Numbered from the stretch's first letter, positions 8,732 through 17,684 are shown. The stretch: 55,107 bases of DNA from Patescibacteria group bacterium (GCA_040384445.1 JAZKJG010000004.1:1-55107), one strand, 5' to 3'. Notes: a model not told the origin generated them from the letters alone. Numbers and translations are program-made.

Positions 8732-8864
8732 GTACTTATTATTTTATAGATTTCTGTAATGTAATTTATCGATGTTTGGCATCGATGAGTTGGAAGCGGA
8801 CGCCCCCGCAGGAAATTTGTTTCTACAAATTTCCGAGGATAAAGTCCGGTGACAACGAAGAGAT

Positions 8865-8937
8865 GCGCGCGTAGCTCAGTTGGTAGAGCGCTCGACTGAT
8901 ACTCGAAAGGTCCCAAGTTCGAATCTTGGCGCGCGCA
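8865..8937 (+). tRNA. tRNA-Ile (anticodon GAT)
   Basis: A cloverleaf folds by hand: acceptor GCGCGCG/CGCGCGC, D arm GCTC-AGTTGGTA-GAGC, anticodon loop CTGATAC (GAT at 8898-8900), and T arm CCAAG-TTCGAAT-CTTGG. No CCA is encoded. Confidence 0.9.
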
Positions 8938-8947
8938 CAAAAAAATA

Positions 8948-8987
8948 AAAAATCTATACTAGTCTCAAACAGTATAGATTTTTTATT
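8948..8987 (+). terminator. Rho-independent terminator after tRNA-Ile
   Basis: AAAAATCTATACT pairs with AGTATAGATTTTT around a 10-nt loop, followed by a T-run. Confidence 0.65.
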
Positions 8988-9006
8988 TTCATGTATAATA
9001 ATTACA

Positions 9007-9990
9007 ATGAATAATTTATCTGATTTTTTAAATCCAAATATATTCGCCGACGACGTAGAACAAGTTCCAATTCGAAAAGGATTTGGTGAAGGTTTAGTTA
9101 TTGCAGGTGAAGCAGATTCAAACGTAGTCGGTCTTTGCGCTGATCTTACAGAGTCAACACAGATGCTCGCATTTAAAAACAAATTTCCAAAGAGATTTAT
9201 AGAAATTGGAGTAGCGGAACAAAACCTCGCATCAGTGGCCTCAGGTATGGCGGCAATGGGAAAGGTGCCTGTAATCACATCATACGCAATGTTTTCGCCT
9301 GGACGTAACTGGGAGCAGATTAGAACCACTATTTGTTACAACGACAGAAAGGTTATTATTGCAGGATCTCACGCTGGAGTATCTGTTGGACCTGATGGAG
9401 GAACTCACCAGGCTATCGAGGATATTGCACTCATGCGAGTGATTCCAAACATGATTGTAGTTGCACCGTGTGATGCTATAGAGGCAAAGAAAGCTACGAT
9501 TGCATTGCTTGCAACAGGTCAAAAAGTACCTGCATATATTAGACTTGCTCGAGAAAAAACTCCGATTATCACGACGGATGAAACTCCTTTTGATATCGGG
9601 AAAGCTATGGTTATGTATGGAGACGAAAAGGCTTCTGATGTTCTTATTTGCGCCACGGGAGCAATGACTTTCAATGCAATGGCAGCAGCAAAAATTTTAG
9701 AACAACATCATGGAAAAAAAGTTGTGGTGATTCATTTCCATACTATAAAACCACTTGATGCAGAAACGCTTGTAGAATATGCAGAACACACAGTAAAAGT
9801 AGTCACTGTTGAAGAGCATCAGATCGCAGCTGGATTTGGAAGTGCGGTGTGTGAAGTTCTCTCTGAAAAATGTCCTCGACAGGTAATTCGACTTGGGGTA
9901 CATGATGTATTTGGTCAATCGGGTACACCAAAAGAACTCATTGCACACTATGGTATGGACACTGAGTCTATTGTAAAAAATTCTCTATAA
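9007..9990 (+). CDS. Transketolase, C-terminal (pyrimidine-binding + C-terminal domain) subunit
   Basis: FGEGLVIAGEADSNVVGLCADLTEST...FIEIGVAEQNLASVASGMAAMGKVP is typical of split transketolase C-halves. The ATG at 9007 sits 7 nt after TATAAT (8994-8999). The ORF-track start at 8926 lies inside the tRNA. Confidence 0.85.
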   Translation: MNNLSDFLNPNIFADDVEQVPIRKGFGEGLVIAGEADSNVVGLCADLTESTQMLAFKNKFPKRFIEIGVAEQNLASVASGMAAMGKVPVITSYAMFSPGRNWEQIRTTICYNDRKVIIAGSHAGVSVGPDGGTHQAIEDIALMRVIPNMIVVAPCDAIEAKKATIALLATGQKVPAYIRLAREKTPIITTDETPFDIGKAMVMYGDEKASDVLICATGAMTFNAMAAAKILEQHHGKKVVVIHFHTIKPLDAETLVEYAEHTVKVVTVEEHQIAAGFGSAVCEVLSEKCPRQVIRLGVHDVFGQSGTPKELIAHYGMDTESIVKNSL

Positions 9991-9992
9991 GA

Positions 9993-11036
9993 TTAGACCG
10001 TTGTAACAACCCAAGAAGCTGGAGCTTTCTCAATCCACTCAGTCAACTTTTCTTCAGTCAAAAGTCCTCGTTGTGCTCCGATGTCCTGACACACTGACAT
10101 AGAGTTAATTGATCCCCATACGAGCGCTGTGCGAATATCTTTTCCATGCGCGATCGCTACAGTAAATGTAGATGCAAATGCATCACCAGCCCCTGTACGC
10201 TCAAGTGGTGGCATAGGGTCTGGATAAATTGGTAAATGAATCACTGCTGTGTTTTCATCTATAGAAAGATTGTTCATATCAACATCATATGTATACGCTC
10301 CATCTGGACCATCAGTAATCACTGGTAGAGTTGGTCCAAGTTTTCGAAGTTCTGCAAGAAGGTGTTTTATACTATGGTCTTGGTTTTTATCTAATCCAAG
10401 AATTCGAACTGCTTCTTCTTTATTGCAGAAAAAGATATATGTTCGAGCGTAAATATCTTTCAGTGCTTCAACCCCAAATTTTATTTGAAATGTACCAGGT
10501 TGGAAAATAAGTTTCGTATCAGGGTTTGTTGAAAGATACTGAGAAACTTCTCCGTGGAATGGAAGTGAGTTTTCTCCAAGCGAACTTAAATATATAAATT
10601 TTGGTGCATGCAAATCTTTCGGCATGTGGTACTCATACAGGGCATGATTAATCAAAATAGTTCGTTCATCCTGAAACCAAAGTACATAGTGGTAGTTTGT
10701 TTTTTTATCATCATTTTTGTAAATGTAATCCGTAATCACTTTATCGTGGGCAAGCGCATCGATACTTTTTTGTCCGTATATATCATTTCCAACATTTGTA
10801 AGTAGGGCAGATGTTAATCCAAGTCGAGATGCAGACACTGCGGCGTTTGCACTATTTCCAACCCCTACGAGTTCAACCGCTTCTGTAAAAGGAACCTTGT
10901 CTCCAAACGGCATGCAAATAAGTTTTTGTTCTGTTTCTTTATCTTGATGTACTTCAGCAATTTTTAATTTGATAAATACATCAACTACGGTGTCTCCGAT
11001 AGCTAGAATGTCTATGTTGTGTTGGTTTGAGTTCAT
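9993..11036 (-). CDS. pfkB-family carbohydrate kinase (ribokinase-like)
   Basis: It has the GVGNSANAAVSASRLGL motif and the C-terminal TGAGDAFASTF (DTxGAGD-type) motif. Confidence 0.8.
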   Translation of the reverse strand: MNSNQHNIDILAIGDTVVDVFIKLKIAEVHQDKETEQKLICMPFGDKVPFTEAVELVGVGNSANAAVSASRLGLTSALLTNVGNDIYGQKSIDALAHDKVITDYIYKNDDKKTNYHYVLWFQDERTILINHALYEYHMPKDLHAPKFIYLSSLGENSLPFHGEVSQYLSTNPDTKLIFQPGTFQIKFGVEALKDIYARTYIFFCNKEEAVRILGLDKNQDHSIKHLLAELRKLGPTLPVITDGPDGAYTYDVDMNNLSIDENTAVIHLPIYPDPMPPLERTGAGDAFASTFTVAIAHGKDIRTALVWGSINSMSVCQDIGAQRGLLTEEKLTEWIEKAPASWVVTTV

Positions 11037-11111
11037 GACTACTATTATTACCTATATAGTTCAGATATAAAAGTTGTCATAGTTAAAAAATAGGTGTAAA
11101 CTTAAACCATT

Positions 11112-11357
11112 ATGGCAAACATACAATTTGATGAATCGCAATTTAAGTTGCGATCACGACGGCTATTAGGGGAACCAGAGGTTCCTGCGATGATTAAGTT
11201 TCTTGTTACAAGAGGTATAGTGAGAAGCGAAAAACAAGCGATATCAGTGCTTCTGACCATTGTACTCGTGATCGTTATGATAAGTATTTTTATTATTAAA
11301 TCTAACGGAGTACAGCCTGCAGTGCTTGATGCCGAATATTTAACTCTTAATAAATAA
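11112..11357 (+). CDS. Small single-pass membrane protein (81 aa)
   Basis: It has a TM segment (ISVLLTIVLVIVMISIFII). A promoter TTGTCA (11074-11079), 17-nt spacer and TAAACT (11097-11102) lies 9 nt before the ATG. Confidence 0.55.
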   Translation: MANIQFDESQFKLRSRRLLGEPEVPAMIKFLVTRGIVRSEKQAISVLLTIVLVIVMISIFIIKSNGVQPAVLDAEYLTLNK

Positions 11358-11363
11358 TCAGCC

Positions 11364-12311
11364 ATGAAAAAAAACTTTTTAAAAAACACAAAAAGGGGAT
11401 TTACTCTTATTGAGTTATTGGTTGTTATTGCCATCATCGGACTCTTAAGTTCTGTGGTACTGTCTAGTCTTCAGGGTGCGCGATCAAAGGCACGAGATAC
11501 AAAACGTGTACAAGAAATTAAATCAATAGAAAAAGCTCTTGCGTTATATTCACTTGATAATAATGGTTTAATACCATACTCAACATTTAACTCATTTACC
11601 CAAGTTCCAAAGAATGCAAACGGTACTATAGACTGTACAACACAAACTACAGGATCAAACTGGAAAAATAACGATGATTTATTTACTATTTTGGTTGCAG
11701 GAAGATACCTTGCTAATAAACCAGCAGCAGATCCTCAGGCAGCTCTTGGATATTGTTATGTGTACATCACATCATCAACTCAGGTTGCTGGGGTAGAGTA
11801 TGATGCAAATGGAAATGCTGTATCTACCGGCTATATTGCTACTGTGCCTGGTTCTAAAACTAGAAATGCGGTATTCTTAGCACCATCAGAAAATGTAAAA
11901 ACACTAAATGGAAATAGTGCACTCATTGGAATTAGCGTTGGATCATTACCTCCAATTACCCTAAATGTAGACCTTACTACAGGAGTAAAGCACAATGAAT
12001 CATCATATGATGTGGCAGGATCTGGATCTGACAGTGGATCGGCAAGTGGAGGAGATTCTGGTTCTAGTGGTGGATCTCCAAGTGGCGGTGATTCAGGATC
12101 AGCAAGTGGAGGAGATTCGGGCTCTGCAAGTGGTGGTGATTCAGGATCTAGTGGTTCATATTTATACTGTCCCTCAAATGAATACGACGCAGGAGGATAT
12201 TGTGAATGTAATTCGGGTTATATTAGAGATGCTGGAGTGTGTATTCTCGACGGCGGCGGTTCAGGTTCAGGGTCTGGTAGTGATGGGGATTCAGGTTCAG
12301 GGTCTGACTAG
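11364..12311 (+). CDS. Type IV pilin/pseudopilin-like protein with Ser/Gly/Asp-rich repetitive tail
   Basis: It carries the prepilin N-methylation motif KRGFTLIELLVVIAIIGLLSSV. The C-terminus holds (GDSGSASGG)n repeats and a small Cys-rich module. Confidence 0.9.
   Translation: MKKNFLKNTKRGFTLIELLVVIAIIGLLSSVVLSSLQGARSKARDTKRVQEIKSIEKALALYSLDNNGLIPYSTFNSFTQVPKNANGTIDCTTQTTGSNWKNNDDLFTILVAGRYLANKPAADPQAALGYCYVYITSSTQVAGVEYDANGNAVSTGYIATVPGSKTRNAVFLAPSENVKTLNGNSALIGISVGSLPPITLNVDLTTGVKHNESSYDVAGSGSDSGSASGGDSGSSGGSPSGGDSGSASGGDSGSASGGDSGSSGSYLYCPSNEYDAGGYCECNSGYIRDAGVCILDGGGSGSGSGSDGDSGSGSD
12018..12158 (+). repeat. Imperfect 27-nt (9-aa GDSGS[AS]SGG) tandem repeats inside the pilin gene
   Basis: About five consecutive units are read directly from the sequence. 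A second GSGSGSD tract lies at about 12249-12308. Confidence 0.7.
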
Positions 12312-13003
12312 AATCTAGAAGAAACAATAGTTTTCAAAGCATAAAAACCATCTTGTATGGTTTTTATTTTTGATGTAGTAAATACTCGTAAATCTTTTCT
12401 AAGGGTAATAGGTGTTTGTATAATCGCAAGTTTATTCTTGAGAGCTTTGCATACCATTTCATTCGCAAATGAGAAATCATTTTGCTTTAACTGTAACGTA
12501 TCTAAAATCTTTTTATCAAATAATCGTAATCCACAATGAGAATCATATGATTCTGGTGCTCTATACAATGTATTGGTAATCCAATTGAGCATAGGAACTC
12601 CAAAAATTCTATGCAAAAATTTTATGTTTGTAATCTGACCATTCGAAAATCGATTACCCATATATATGTGGGCATTTGGATTATCTGTTCTTAAATCTAA
12701 AAGCCGTAGTATATCTCGTGGATTATAACTCCAATCACCATCGATCATGCATACGGTAGGGTGTGATGCTTTTTGTATTCCATGCATTATTGCTGCACCG
12801 TAACCTGGTGTAGCACAATCAACAATTCGAATATGAGATCCAATTTTCTCTGCTTCATGTTTTGTTGAGTCAGTAGAGTTGTTGTCTACGACTATAATTT
12901 CATGTGATATCTTTGCTTCGTCAAACACCAATTCAATCTCTCGAATAACAGGATAAATACTCTCTTCTTCATTTTTACAGGGAATAATTATAGAAATAGA
13001 CAT
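12308..13003 (-). CDS. GT2 glycosyltransferase, polyprenol/dolichol-phosphate sugar synthase (Dpm1)-like
   Basis: MSISIIIPCKNEEESI...IIVVDNNSTDST...MIDGDWSYNP fits this family. I prefer the internal ATG at 13003; the track start at 13063 is a TTG that overlaps the upstream gene. Confidence 0.8.
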   Translation of the reverse strand: MSISIIIPCKNEEESIYPVIREIELVFDEAKISHEIIVVDNNSTDSTKHEAEKIGSHIRIVDCATPGYGAAIMHGIQKASHPTVCMIDGDWSYNPRDILRLLDLRTDNPNAHIYMGNRFSNGQITNIKFLHRIFGVPMLNWITNTLYRAPESYDSHCGLRLFDKKILDTLQLKQNDFSFANEMVCKALKNKLAIIQTPITLRKDLRVFTTSKIKTIQDGFYALKTIVSSRF

Positions 13004-13029
13004 ACGATGTACTGTATTTATACACCACA

Positions 13030-14184
13030 TTACGATGTGAATCCAGCACCTGCTACCCACCAAAATATTGCAAATCCTTGTACGGTTGCAAATAGAATAT
13101 AAACCATATTTCGCACGTCTTCATTTTTAATACACACTGCAAGAGCAATAGGAATCACGAATAAACTCGCAATGTATCTACTTGATCCTTCAATTACACC
13201 GGTAAGTGGCGTGAACAATATATATGATAATCCAAAGAGAGTATATGTGATAGGTATTTTTCTAGATGCCAAGCCAAGTGTTGCGAGCCCAAAGACGATA
13301 AATGAAGATGTCCAAAGGGAATATGGGTTCATACTTATAATATTTTTGATAAGTACGGTAAATGGCTCTGCCCAAATGTGTCTAAAGTGAGTTTGCTGCA
13401 TATGGATATATGCGAGAGGATCACCTGACACACTGTACATATGCAAACAATATAGAATAGGTAGCGCAAAAAGAGTTCCTGTATACAACAAGAGTTTTGA
13501 AAGTGATACTCTATGTCTATGTTGAAACAGAAAAAAGATAATCGGGATACAAAGAAAGATTCCAAATGTTTTCGTCAGGCATGCGATTCCAAAAAACAAA
13601 CATGCTAAAAATATTTTTTCAATTCTAACACAGTAAAATACCAAGATGCTGAGTAGTAGAAATAAAGATTCAGGATAGATTGCGGAAAGATAATATGAAG
13701 TTGGAAATAGAAGAGTATAGAGTAATACTTCTTTTTCTTGAACACCATGTTTTAGTTTTGGTTCAGATCGTATGAGCTGTACTAGATAATATAACGCGAG
13801 AAGTAAGAATACATTCGATAAGAAAATTCCAGCTACATGTGTGTTTCCAGAAAAAATCGCATGTGAAAAGATATACATCAGAAGAGGGTACATAGGTAGA
13901 AAACCTTTATTATCTTCTTTTGCGTATGGATATGGTTGAGCAGAGTATCCGTCTTCAGCAATACTAATATATCGTTTCGTGTCCCAAACAGACCATATAC
14001 TCACTAAAGGATTATCAGGTTGAATATATGTATAGGTATGGTCACCTTGATAAAAGTGCCAAATCGGCCTATCTCCGTGTATGTTCTTGGTTTGTAAATG
14101 GGCCACTAAAACAGTTGAAAACAGTCCGAGAAGAAGAATGAGGAGTCTGTTGAGTATAAAGTAGGAAAACAAAGGGGTTTTCAT
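13030..14184 (-). CDS. Polytopic membrane glycosyltransferase, PIG-V/GT-C-like
   Basis: It has about 10 predicted TM segments. The first loop motif WSVWDTKRYISIAEDGYS...GFLPMYPLL resembles the WD..hY..IA..GY...AFFPLyP signature of PIG-V-type mannosyltransferases. Confidence 0.6.
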   Translation of the reverse strand: MKTPLFSYFILNRLLILLLGLFSTVLVAHLQTKNIHGDRPIWHFYQGDHTYTYIQPDNPLVSIWSVWDTKRYISIAEDGYSAQPYPYAKEDNKGFLPMYPLLMYIFSHAIFSGNTHVAGIFLSNVFLLLALYYLVQLIRSEPKLKHGVQEKEVLLYTLLFPTSYYLSAIYPESLFLLLSILVFYCVRIEKIFLACLFFGIACLTKTFGIFLCIPIIFFLFQHRHRVSLSKLLLYTGTLFALPILYCLHMYSVSGDPLAYIHMQQTHFRHIWAEPFTVLIKNIISMNPYSLWTSSFIVFGLATLGLASRKIPITYTLFGLSYILFTPLTGVIEGSSRYIASLFVIPIALAVCIKNEDVRNMVYILFATVQGFAIFWWVAGAGFTS

Positions 14185-14218
14185 GCATGTATTCTAACAT
14201 AAGCCAAGGAAGGGTGTA

Positions 14219-14246
14219 TTGATAAATTTCAAAAATAGTGTATACT
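14219..14246 (+). promoter_or_regulatory. Promoter of rplY (leaderless-type spacing)
   Basis: TTGATA, a 16-nt spacer and TATACT are followed by the ATG 8 nt after the -10 box. Confidence 0.55.
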
Positions 14247-14254
14247 CATAAACC

Positions 14255-14878
14255 ATGACACATACACTAAACGCACAAGTATTCAGTGAAGCTACAGATA
14301 TGACGGGTCGAATCAAGGCCGTTGTATATGGTCCAAAGTTTCCCTCAACATCTATCTCAGTTGATGTTAAAGAGTTCACTAAGCTCTTTAAGGATGCCGG
14401 AGAATCATCAGTTATTACACTTAAAGGTCTGGATGCAGATCTAGATGTTCTTATCCACGAGGTTCAGAAGCATGTAGTAAAAGGAATTATTGTTCATGCA
14501 GATCTACTTGCATTACAAAAAGGACAGAAGATTACAGTACACGTACCACTTGTTTTTGTTGGAGTTTCTGGAGCAGTAAAGACTCACGGGGCAAACCTTG
14601 TAAAAGTTCTTCATGAAGTTGAAGTAGAAGCAGACGCAAAACATCTTCCTCACGAGATTGAAGTTGATATCTCAGCCATTGCAGAACTTGATGATCATAT
14701 TCTTGTTTCTGACCTAAAAGTTGGAGCAGGAGTTAAGGTCCTAGCTAACGAGACAGATGTTGTTGCTACGGCATCAAAGCCTGTTGAAGAAGTGGAAGAA
14801 TCAACACCAATTGATATGTCTGCAATCGAAGTTTCAGATCAAAAAGGTAAGAAAGACGAAGAAGAAGCAGCAGAATAA
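14255..14878 (+). CDS. rplY: 50S ribosomal protein L25/Ctc
   Basis: It shows L25 N- and C-domain patterns (GRIKAVVYG, VLIHEVQKH...IVHADL, ITVHVPLVFVG, LPHEIEVDIS) and an acidic tail. Confidence 0.85.
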   Translation: MTHTLNAQVFSEATDMTGRIKAVVYGPKFPSTSISVDVKEFTKLFKDAGESSVITLKGLDADLDVLIHEVQKHVVKGIIVHADLLALQKGQKITVHVPLVFVGVSGAVKTHGANLVKVLHEVEVEADAKHLPHEIEVDISAIAELDDHILVSDLKVGAGVKVLANETDVVATASKPVEEVEESTPIDMSAIEVSDQKGKKDEEEAAE

Positions 14879-14886
14879 GGATGTGG

Positions 14887-14917
14887 AAAAAACTGGCACG
14901 CACGCCAGTTTTTTTAT
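14887..14917 (+). terminator. Rho-independent terminator after rplY
   Basis: AAAAAACTGGC pairs with GCCAGTTTTTTT around the loop ACGCAC. Confidence 0.65.
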
Positions 14918-14925
14918 TATCACTA

Positions 14926-14934
14926 TGGTACAAT
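14926..14934 (+). promoter_or_regulatory. Extended -10 (TGgTACAAT) 7 nt upstream of ATG 14942
   Basis: Read directly from the sequence. Confidence 0.5.
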
Positions 14935-14941
14935 AGAAGCT

Positions 14942-16282
14942 ATGAAATATGTTTTAGTTTTATGTTTTAGTATTGCCAGTTTTTTGACTATATATACATC
15001 TCTTGATGCGCAGGTGTTAGACTGTGTCAATCCAGAAAACAGAACTAGATGTTTGGCAGAGCTTGAGAAAGCAGAAAAAGAGATTGCGGAGCTTAATGTA
15101 CAACTTAAAAGTAAACGAAATGAAGCTGTGTCTATCGCACGAGATAAAGCATTGTTAGAGCTTCAGACAAAGCAGGCACAGCTTAAAATCAAGGCCCATG
15201 AGTATTCCATTGCAAAGCTTGGTAAGGATATTGTAACAAAAGAGGGAAATATTAAGACTCTAAATGGTCGTATTGATAAGAGTAAACAAGGGCTCTCAGA
15301 AATGCTTGTTCGAAGTCATGAACTAGACGATTTCTCTATGGTAGAGGTTTTGCTTGCACAAGAAAATTTATCAGGATTTTTTCAAGATATAGATGCATAT
15401 GGATCAATCCAATCTCGAATTAAGGACGAAATTTCATATATTAATAAAGATAAAACAGCAACTGAAAAAGAGAAAAAAGCTTTGGCTGTAGAGCGAGATA
15501 AAGAATACGATTCAAAATACGAAATCGAAGCTCAGAAAAAAGTAATCGAAAAAGCAGAAGCAGAGAAGCTTCGATTACTTAATTTAAATAAAAAAGAACA
15601 AGTAGCATATCAAGGTACACTTGCTCAGAAAAATGCAGAAGCAAACAGAATTCGAAATGCACTCTTTGCCCTTCGAGATACGGGATCAATTAAATTCGAA
15701 GATGCTGTGGCATATGCAAAAGCAGCAGGGCGAGCTGCTGGAGTACGACCTGCATTTATCCTTGCGATCTTGCAACAAGAAAGTAATCTAGGTTCAAACG
15801 TGGGTTCATGTTATTTATCAAATGCAGAAACTGGAGCTGGAGTAAAAGTAAGTTCAGGGGCGGCAGTTGCAAATGTAATGAAGGCGTCACGAGACATTCA
15901 ACCGTTCTTGAGAATTACAAAAGCACTCGGAAAAGATCCATTCAAGACTCGTGTATCATGTCCGCTTAGTATTGGATATGGAGGAGCTATGGGACCAGCT
16001 CAGTTTATTCCATCAACATGGCAGATCTTTGAATCGCGTATTGCTAAGGCAAACGGAGGAGGGACCGCTAACCCTTGGAATGCTAAAGATGCCTTTACTG
16101 CCTCAGCCTTATACCTAGGAGACCTAGGAGCAACGGCTCAGACTGCTGCTTCAGAGCGAAATGCAGCTTGTAAATACTACTCAGGAGCATCATGTGGAAG
16201 TCGGGGAAATACAAGTTACGGTGATCAGGTTATGGCCCGAGCCCTCAAACTTCAAGCAGATATTGATTTAATTCAGGATTAA
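14942..16282 (+). CDS. Secreted coiled-coil protein with C-terminal lytic transglycosylase (MltB/SLT-like) domain
   Basis: It has a signal peptide and a long Lys/Glu coiled coil. The motifs AILQQESNLGSNVGSC and GAMGPAQFIPSTW indicate the transglycosylase domain. Confidence 0.75.
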   Translation: MKYVLVLCFSIASFLTIYTSLDAQVLDCVNPENRTRCLAELEKAEKEIAELNVQLKSKRNEAVSIARDKALLELQTKQAQLKIKAHEYSIAKLGKDIVTKEGNIKTLNGRIDKSKQGLSEMLVRSHELDDFSMVEVLLAQENLSGFFQDIDAYGSIQSRIKDEISYINKDKTATEKEKKALAVERDKEYDSKYEIEAQKKVIEKAEAEKLRLLNLNKKEQVAYQGTLAQKNAEANRIRNALFALRDTGSIKFEDAVAYAKAAGRAAGVRPAFILAILQQESNLGSNVGSCYLSNAETGAGVKVSSGAAVANVMKASRDIQPFLRITKALGKDPFKTRVSCPLSIGYGGAMGPAQFIPSTWQIFESRIAKANGGGTANPWNAKDAFTASALYLGDLGATAQTAASERNAACKYYSGASCGSRGNTSYGDQVMARALKLQADIDLIQD

Positions 16283-16290
16283 TGTATAAT
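16263..16290 (+). promoter_or_regulatory. Promoter of rpmE inside the 3' end of the upstream gene
   Basis: TTGATT, a 16-nt spacer and TATAAT are followed by the ATG 8 nt downstream. Confidence 0.55.
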
Positions 16291-16298
16291 GGGGTTCT

Positions 16299-16544
16299 AT
16301 GAAAAAAGCTATACATCCAACATACTTCACTGACGCAGTTTTCACATGCGCATGTGGAGCTAAGTACACTATGGGTTCTACAAAAGAGAAACATGCTGTT
16401 GAAATCTGCGCAGCGTGCCATCCTTTTTATACTGGAAATGAAAAAATTGTAGACACTGCAGGACGAGTTGAGAAATTCAAGGCTCGACAGACAGCTGCTG
16501 GAAAAGCACCTGCAAAGAAGACTACAAAAAAAGCAGCTAAATAA
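16299..16544 (+). CDS. rpmE: 50S ribosomal protein L31
   Basis: MKKAIHPTY...CACGAKY...[10 protein letters not shown] shows the Zn-ribbon type CxxC pairs. Confidence 0.9.
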   Translation: MKKAIHPTYFTDAVFTCACGAKYTMGSTKEKHAVEICAACHPFYTGNEKIVDTAGRVEKFKARQTAAGKAPAKKTTKKAAK

Positions 16545-16557
16545 CTTTTAGCCTGTA

Positions 16558-16589
16558 CAGAAAAGAGCTCATACCAGAGCTCTTTTCTG
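16558..16589 (+). terminator. Hairpin terminator after rpmE
   Basis: A perfect 13-bp stem CAGAAAAGAGCTC/GAGCTCTTTTCTG encloses the loop ATACCA. Confidence 0.6.
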
Positions 16590-16628
16590 CTATACTACCG
16601 TTATGGAAGTACAAGATAATAAAAACCC

Positions 16629-17621
16629 ATGGAAGACCTAAACCTCGACGAATTAAAAAAAGATTTTAAAACAAGCTTTTTCGCGCTGGAAATAGAACGA
16701 CTTCTGAAAGAAAAAGATGAACTGGTTCAGATGGCGCAAGACCCGGACATGAAAGAGATGGCAGAAATGGATATGGTGAACATTCAAGATCAGATTGATG
16801 GAAATGTTTCTAAACTCCAAGATATCATGAAGGAAGAAGAAGTGGCTGATCAATATCCAAATGAAATTGTTCTGGAAATTCGTGCAGGAGTAGGGGGAGA
16901 CGAGGCTGCCCTTTTTGCTGCAGATCTTTCTGAAATGTATAAGATTTTTGCTACTGAGAGAGGGTGGAGTTTTTCTACAGTTGATATTTCAGAAAACGGA
17001 ATCGGAGGATATAAGGAGGCAACATATGAAGTGCGAGGTTTTGAAGTATATAGATATTTTAAATATGAAATTGGAGTGCATAGAATTCAGCGAATTCCTT
17101 CTACTGAAAAGTCTGGTAGAATTCACACATCAACCGCAGTAGTAGCAGTACTTCCTATTCGAAAGAAAGTGAAGTTTGAAATTAATCCAGCGGACCTCGA
17201 AATGGAATTTTCAAGATCAGGGGGAGCTGGGGGACAAAACGTAAACAAAGTAGAAACGGCTGTGCGACTTATTCACAAGCCAACAGGTATTGATGTTCGA
17301 TGTACATCAGAGCGGAGTCAGTTGAAGAACCGAGAAAAAGCTTTTTCAATTCTTCAGGCAAAACTGGCACTAAAGAAAGAGGAAGAGGATGCTGCGAAGT
17401 TTTCAGGACTTAAAAAATCACAGCTCGGAACTGGAGATCGATCTGAGAAGATTCGAACATACAACGTGTTGCAGGATCGAATTACAGATCACCGGTTGAA
17501 ACAGTCATGGCACGGTATTCAAAATATGTTCCAAGGTCAGATTGAGAAGATGATTACGACGGTTGTTGAGTTTTTTGAAAATGGTGGAGAGGTTGCGGAA
17601 GGTGATGATTCTGATGAGTAA
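16629..17621 (+). CDS. prfA: Peptide chain release factor 1
   Basis: It has the GGQ motif ([16 protein letters not shown]) and the RF1-type P-x-T tripeptide ([14 protein letters not shown]), not the SPF of RF2. Confidence 0.9.
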   Translation: MEDLNLDELKKDFKTSFFALEIERLLKEKDELVQMAQDPDMKEMAEMDMVNIQDQIDGNVSKLQDIMKEEEVADQYPNEIVLEIRAGVGGDEAALFAADLSEMYKIFATERGWSFSTVDISENGIGGYKEATYEVRGFEVYRYFKYEIGVHRIQRIPSTEKSGRIHTSTAVVAVLPIRKKVKFEINPADLEMEFSRSGGAGGQNVNKVETAVRLIHKPTGIDVRCTSERSQLKNREKAFSILQAKLALKKEEEDAAKFSGLKKSQLGTGDRSEKIRTYNVLQDRITDHRLKQSWHGIQNMFQGQIEKMITTVVEFFENGGEVAEGDDSDE

Positions 17622-17684
17622 AACCGTATCGATTTTCCTTGTATAATGATCTATATACTTATATAATATAAGCATATAGTATAT

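Noticed and set aside
8681-8749. A textbook Shine-Dalgarno (GGGAGG, 8681-8686) 6 nt upstream of an ATG that opens an 18-aa ORF (MGIYCIFDLFMYNVLIIL)
   Set aside because: It is the only SD-like start in the window, and the 16S tail has no anti-SD. The ORF overlaps the tRNA-Ile promoter. It is most likely chance, or part of the terminator/promoter region after the cohesin gene.
8835-8849. GAGGATAAAGTCCGG resembles the RNase P RNA CR-I motif (GAGGAAAGUCCGG)
   Set aside because: The tRNA-Ile gene starts 16 nt later, so there is no room for the remaining ~300 nt of an RNase P RNA. None of the other conserved regions (AGGGTGAAA, ACAGAA...GGCTTA) are present.
8701-9329. ORF-track entries 8701..8940 (-) and 8823..9329 (-); the same applies to 22461..22655 (-)
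   Set aside because: They run antisense through tRNA genes. Peptides such as RQDSNLGP...ALPTELRA are the classic translation of a tRNA complement. They also overlap the transketolase 5' region and have no start context.
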